From contig JAYWIR010000010.1 of assembly GCA_036172245.1 (NCBI GenBank), forward strand, positions 2,170,001-2,234,000: DNA of 64,000 nt. Direction: 5' to 3'. This document shows, in pieces, positions 59,549 to 64,000 of this stretch. The position numbers were made by a program, and so were the translations under genes. The first letter of the stretch is position 1, and each line of letters opens with the position of its first letter. The notes beneath the pieces were generated by a model, which had not been told where the DNA came from, did no database searches, and was given only the letters and a program-made list of their open reading frames with translations. This DNA comes from Raillietiella orientalis. Lineage: Eukaryota.

Positions 59549-62500
59549 CTTCCACAGATGTGGAAGGAACGACCATGGTTTCAGGAAAGTTCACAGATCA
59601 CGGGAACATTTGCAACCACAAAAAAGGAAAAAAAGTGAATTATGCAAACAGCCTTTCCAGTCTCTCCTGTTTGCAAAATTTCCCATGTTTTCCCTGTGAG
59701 AGCTCTTTTTGAGAGTGGTATGTCGCTAAGCTTACGAAGTTCAGCAGCCTAAAAAGCTTCCTTCGCACATCGTAGGTCCACAAGGGTTTCGTTTTTGTTA
59801 CCTTTGGTTGCCGTCTTCTTCTTCTTTCTTTGGGCACATATCGAGGGTTCCGTAAAATTTCTGGCTACCACGAACCACTGCGCGAAATAGGTAAACTGAT
59901 CATGGGTTGGGCGGGATCGATACGCTGCAGCATCAGTTGTTCCAACGGGCCTTTCCGTTCGCCAGTTGTTTCTGTCTTTTCTTAAGCGAAGTTTTCTTAA
60001 CATTACCAGATTTTGATTTTGATTTTTCTCCGGGGAGCGCTTCTTCCAGGCAACTACTGGGAAGCGCTCTTCAGCTGGCAAGTCAGCGGAAGCTGACTAA
60101 GGAGAAAGCCTGAGATAAACGTGGCGACCTGGGCTGCAAACATTTAGCAAAAAAGCGAAAAAATTGGCTACGCGAGACATCTCGCGGCGAATGCATCAAG
60201 CTGAGCAGAGCGTAGCAGGAGACAGATCTAGGCGAGCTTTCGGTACGAGAACCTCCGCGATCTTCGTGCTTCTGCATCGAAAAACCAGGGGAGCCTCTCT
60301 TTCTTGTTGAGAATGTTTCGCGTGGATTCTGAGGAGAGCGGCCGACGCACCTCGTTTTTCAAGACGTCTTGTAGCAAATGGCTTGAAAGTTTTTGTCGCT
60401 CGAGGGCTCTGGTGATTCCTGCCGTGGAACGGGAGCACTTTGCAGAGATTGCAGATGATGGGAGCACGAGAAGTGGAAAACCCCACGTAGCTCGCATATA
60501 CACCACTTGCCTTCCGCAGTGATAAGGTTAGCAGCAGGTTACCGGGAAAACTCGAGCTATCGCATGTGTGCGACGGCTGTTCACCAACGCAACCAGTGCC
60601 GGAAAATACCGGGTATCCTGAACCGTGGACGACAGAGCTCGATAGAAGCCCCACGTGTGAATTTGGTCCGGTAAGCGGATTTTTTCTTGCAGCATTACAC
60701 GTGAGAGGATCCTACCTTCCGACGAGATCACGTGCTCTCAAAGTAAAGTGGAGCTCCGCGCGTGCATCACTTCTGGTGGTGATTTGAAAACCTGGCGGCG
60801 GAGAGCACATGCTGAAATGTCTCATGTTTCTTCCCGATGAAAAGGGTTTGTGTCGTCAATCCTTCTGGTTGATGAAGCAACCCTGGTTCTCTCTTGGATA
60901 CCGCGCTTCGCTTGAGCGCGATATCCAAGGGGTCGAGGCAGCGTTCCATGATGCAGAGAGTTGCCGTACAGTGCCCTGGACGACAGAACAGGAAAACCGG
61001 ACCTACGTTCTTAGAGGATGACAAAGATCCAGGAAGCTACCACCTAGCATCGCCTCTTCAAGCACTTTTGCCAAAACGACATCCGAGTTTCCCACCAGAA
61101 ATTGAAACAGGGTTCCCAGTTGCGTTTGACTACTTGGACTGCTCCACCTTACGGTCCTAGAATTAAATCCCTAGAGATCATCCACGAGTGCAGCCCGCGA
61201 CGGCGGGTTTCGGTGATCTTGAATCCGAGGAAACACGATGACGTTCACCAGAAGTGTGCTCTCCAACGAACTACCTGGTGACTTGGCAGAGACACGATAA
61301 GACAGTGGGTATCCGCCATCACGTGAGCACCCTTTGAGAACCCACTGCTATTGCAACCTCGACAAGATGAGTGGCTCCTCCTTCCCTCCCTTTCCCGAAT
61401 CTGACACTTTATAATGTGACTCACTCATCGTTAAGTGCGCTTGACACGTTGGTAGAACTGTGCACTCGTTGGATTCCAACCTGGACATCTTTGCTCTGAG
61501 CATGCAAAATACTCCGTCGAAACCTGAAAGTGGCTGAAGCAGGTGATGCACATTAGATAAAGAAAGCTTCGAAGGGGAAACAAAAAAAAGTAATGAAGGT
61601 GTCCAACTTTTTCGTCCCTTTTTGGCAAATGACACATCCCCGAATGATTCGTCAGTGCGTCAGCCAGCAGTCGAAATTTCTGCTTTGTGCTCTTTGGTGT
61701 AAGAAAAACGCGACTTCCCGGTACGGAGATCGTTGGTTGGCAACGCAGCACAGGCTGCATCACGCAACCTTCACGGCGTGATACGTTGGGTTTCTCTTGG
61801 TCACTTTCGATTTTGTGTTTGAAAACGGACTGCCGAACATTTCCTCACCGTGACTTCTATGATTAACCGTGTTCTTTTTCTATTTTACCCTTCTCAGATC
61901 CATCTCAGTTCTCACAATAATCCACTCGCTCTGCCTACATGCTAGTGGACTACGAGTCCCTAAACACAATCCAGTCCTTCCTATCCTCCTACTTATCCTC
62001 TCCAGAGAAATATTTCTTACCTTGCTGTCACATCGCCACATGAACTCACATGAAGCTACAATGATTTCGATCTTCTCCATATTGCCGTGCTCCGATTCAT
62101 CTCCAGCGAACAGCACATCGAAAATCAAAGTTATCTTAAACCTCCCATTTGCTTCCATTCTATCTATGGCTGACATGCATCTTGTGCCATTCTTTTGATG
62201 GTGCCTCTTAAGAAGAAGTTCTCCTATATTCTAATATTGATTCTACATTAAGTCAATCCCTTGTTGCGTTCACGGTACATCCACTAGACAGACTATATCC
62301 TGTATCTGCCATCCCCCTCTATTACCCTATCATCAGTCTTCGTTTCGTAGTCGTTTCTCCCCTGAAGAGGGAGAGAGAGAGCCTTGTGCCAGCTGAAATC
62401 AGTTTCAAACTATGTAGAAGAACATTTGATGAAATTTAAAATTAAGCGAAAAGGGCTTTAAATTTAAAATTAAGCGTTCGGGGAAAGAAACATAATACAA

Positions 62501-64000
62501 GAAATCGTACTTGATCGTAGTATAAAAGACTGTGGAGGATACTTTCAGCAGAAACATTAAAGAAAAACACTTGATTGAGTGCATCTCAAAAGGTCAGTAA
62601 AGGTAAAAAATTTTCAATGGGGATGCCAAGATTTTGCAGCCGATGGCAGTCTTCCAAATGGCTTTCTGCCAACCAAAGATGCTTTTTTGTTAGAATTTTT
62701 TCTTCAACCGAATTGATTTCTGGTGTCCCCTATATCCAAGCACCGTAATGTGAACAAAGTCCAAATTTCATCTCAAGTCAGCTTCGAATTTCAGTGCACT
62801 GTATTAGCATATTTGAAATTTCGAGATTGACATCACAAAGTAATAACCAAGTTCGTTTTGCCATCTGGGCAACTTATACTTTACGAATGTGTTTGCAGTA
62901 ATCTTAGTCATTTGGAAGTGCCTCCCAATTGAAATCTACCTACAGAAATATGTATTTCGGAGTCTGCAGCTGAGGAGGGTTCTTAAATAAGAGACTGTCA
63001 AGGATCTCGTAAAATCAGATGAACGTCCGAAAAGACATAAGCAGTAATCTTCCTTCTTCTTCTTTTTCTTTTTTTTTCCAGAGAAAACTGAAAGCACTTC
63101 TACTTTAATATATTCTTAAATTGTTCTTCCACTGTCACACCTGTGCTTTAGTTTTTATCTTATAATTTGTTTTTCATCAGCTGGATTTAAAGAATGTTGG
63201 TATGAGCAGGTGTTGCAATTTCCCGGATGATTTAAGAGCTATTGCCTTCATCTATCTTTTGAAACTATGTTTGGTTAAAAACATCATAAATGACTGGAAC
63301 CGGATAAGGAGCAGTTTTTATGTCTACTGATTTTCGTGTAGGAGGCATCCAACCATCATCTGTTTTCCCTAAATGATTTGCTGGCTGGACCAAGTTCAAA
63401 GCATGGCCGGAGAAATCTTGTGTAAAAGGAAAGAAGGAGATAATCTCGGAATTACACGACAGTCACGGAAGCGAGGTAAGCATTGAAAGGAAAAAAAGAT
63501 GTACTGGAAATGCAGCTCGGAATCCGTCAGTATCTCAGTTTCATTCTCAAATCGTCGTAAAGCTTTTCTTCACAATGATCTTAAAATGCATTATTGGCTC
63601 CATTCCTAAATCGATTTGCTTGCTAGGCTGTGCTTGAGACTGTGGGGGAGGTGCTCCTTGCCGACTTTGGGACAACCACGCTGCAGCCAAGGAAACCGAG
63701 GAGGATGCAGGATTCGTCGCAGGCATCCTCCTGTTCGGATGTTCTTTGGAAGCAGCGAAAAGTGAAGCCGAAGAGCTTTTCTCGTATGACCTTTGGTGTT
63801 CTTTTCAAACTTCCTGTGCTTTTGCATTTCCATGTTCATGTGCACCTGTGCCTCTCCCCCTTTACCTGGAGAATGGCTGTCGCAAGAGGGTGTTCCGGGG
63901 AGCACTACAGTGTGCTATCCTGTGTCTACTTCGTATCGTGATGCACTGCTTTGGATCTTAGGGTTACCTATTTTCCCAACTTTGTCGTTGGGTGTGTGAG

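Noticed and set aside
61869..62340. LINE RNase H remnant (WIVFRDS)
   Set aside because: One short motif among many stops; insufficient.
1..64000. CRISPR arrays, rRNA, canonical tRNA, LTR pairs
   Set aside because: None seen on manual reading.

Overview
Eukaryotic, repeat-rich invertebrate (arthropod-like) genomic DNA; most long ORFs in the track are artefacts of GC-rich repeats. Host genes I can support: (i) a cluster of three two-exon secreted cystatin-family genes at 6.5-13.9 kb, one canonical (N-terminal G, QLVAG, PW) and two with degenerate inhibitory motifs, all sharing an atypical 4-Cys pattern; (ii) an intact 11-exon endophilin-A gene (minus strand, 38832-40869, 380 aa) with many 42-60 nt introns. 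Also present are a frameshifted orphan histone H2B pseudogene and, about 400 bp downstream, a decayed fragment of bacterial pstB that I recall as closely Wolbachia-like (probable endosymbiont-to-host transfer). The first ~24 kb and 55-59.5 kb hold nested copies of an L1/Tx1-clade non-LTR retrotransposon: one near-complete 5'UTR-ORF1-APE-RT copy, many ORF1 remnants, and many 5'-truncated 3' ends, three with target-site duplications. The family has conserved 3'-UTR stem-loops and fold-back 5' junctions. Other repeats: two copies of a TTAA piggyBac-type MITE, an internally deleted piggyBac, a tRNA-like SINE head, a 50-bp palindrome and microsatellites. Several kb of decayed coding-like sequence remain unassigned. 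All calls are from manual reading; no searches were run.
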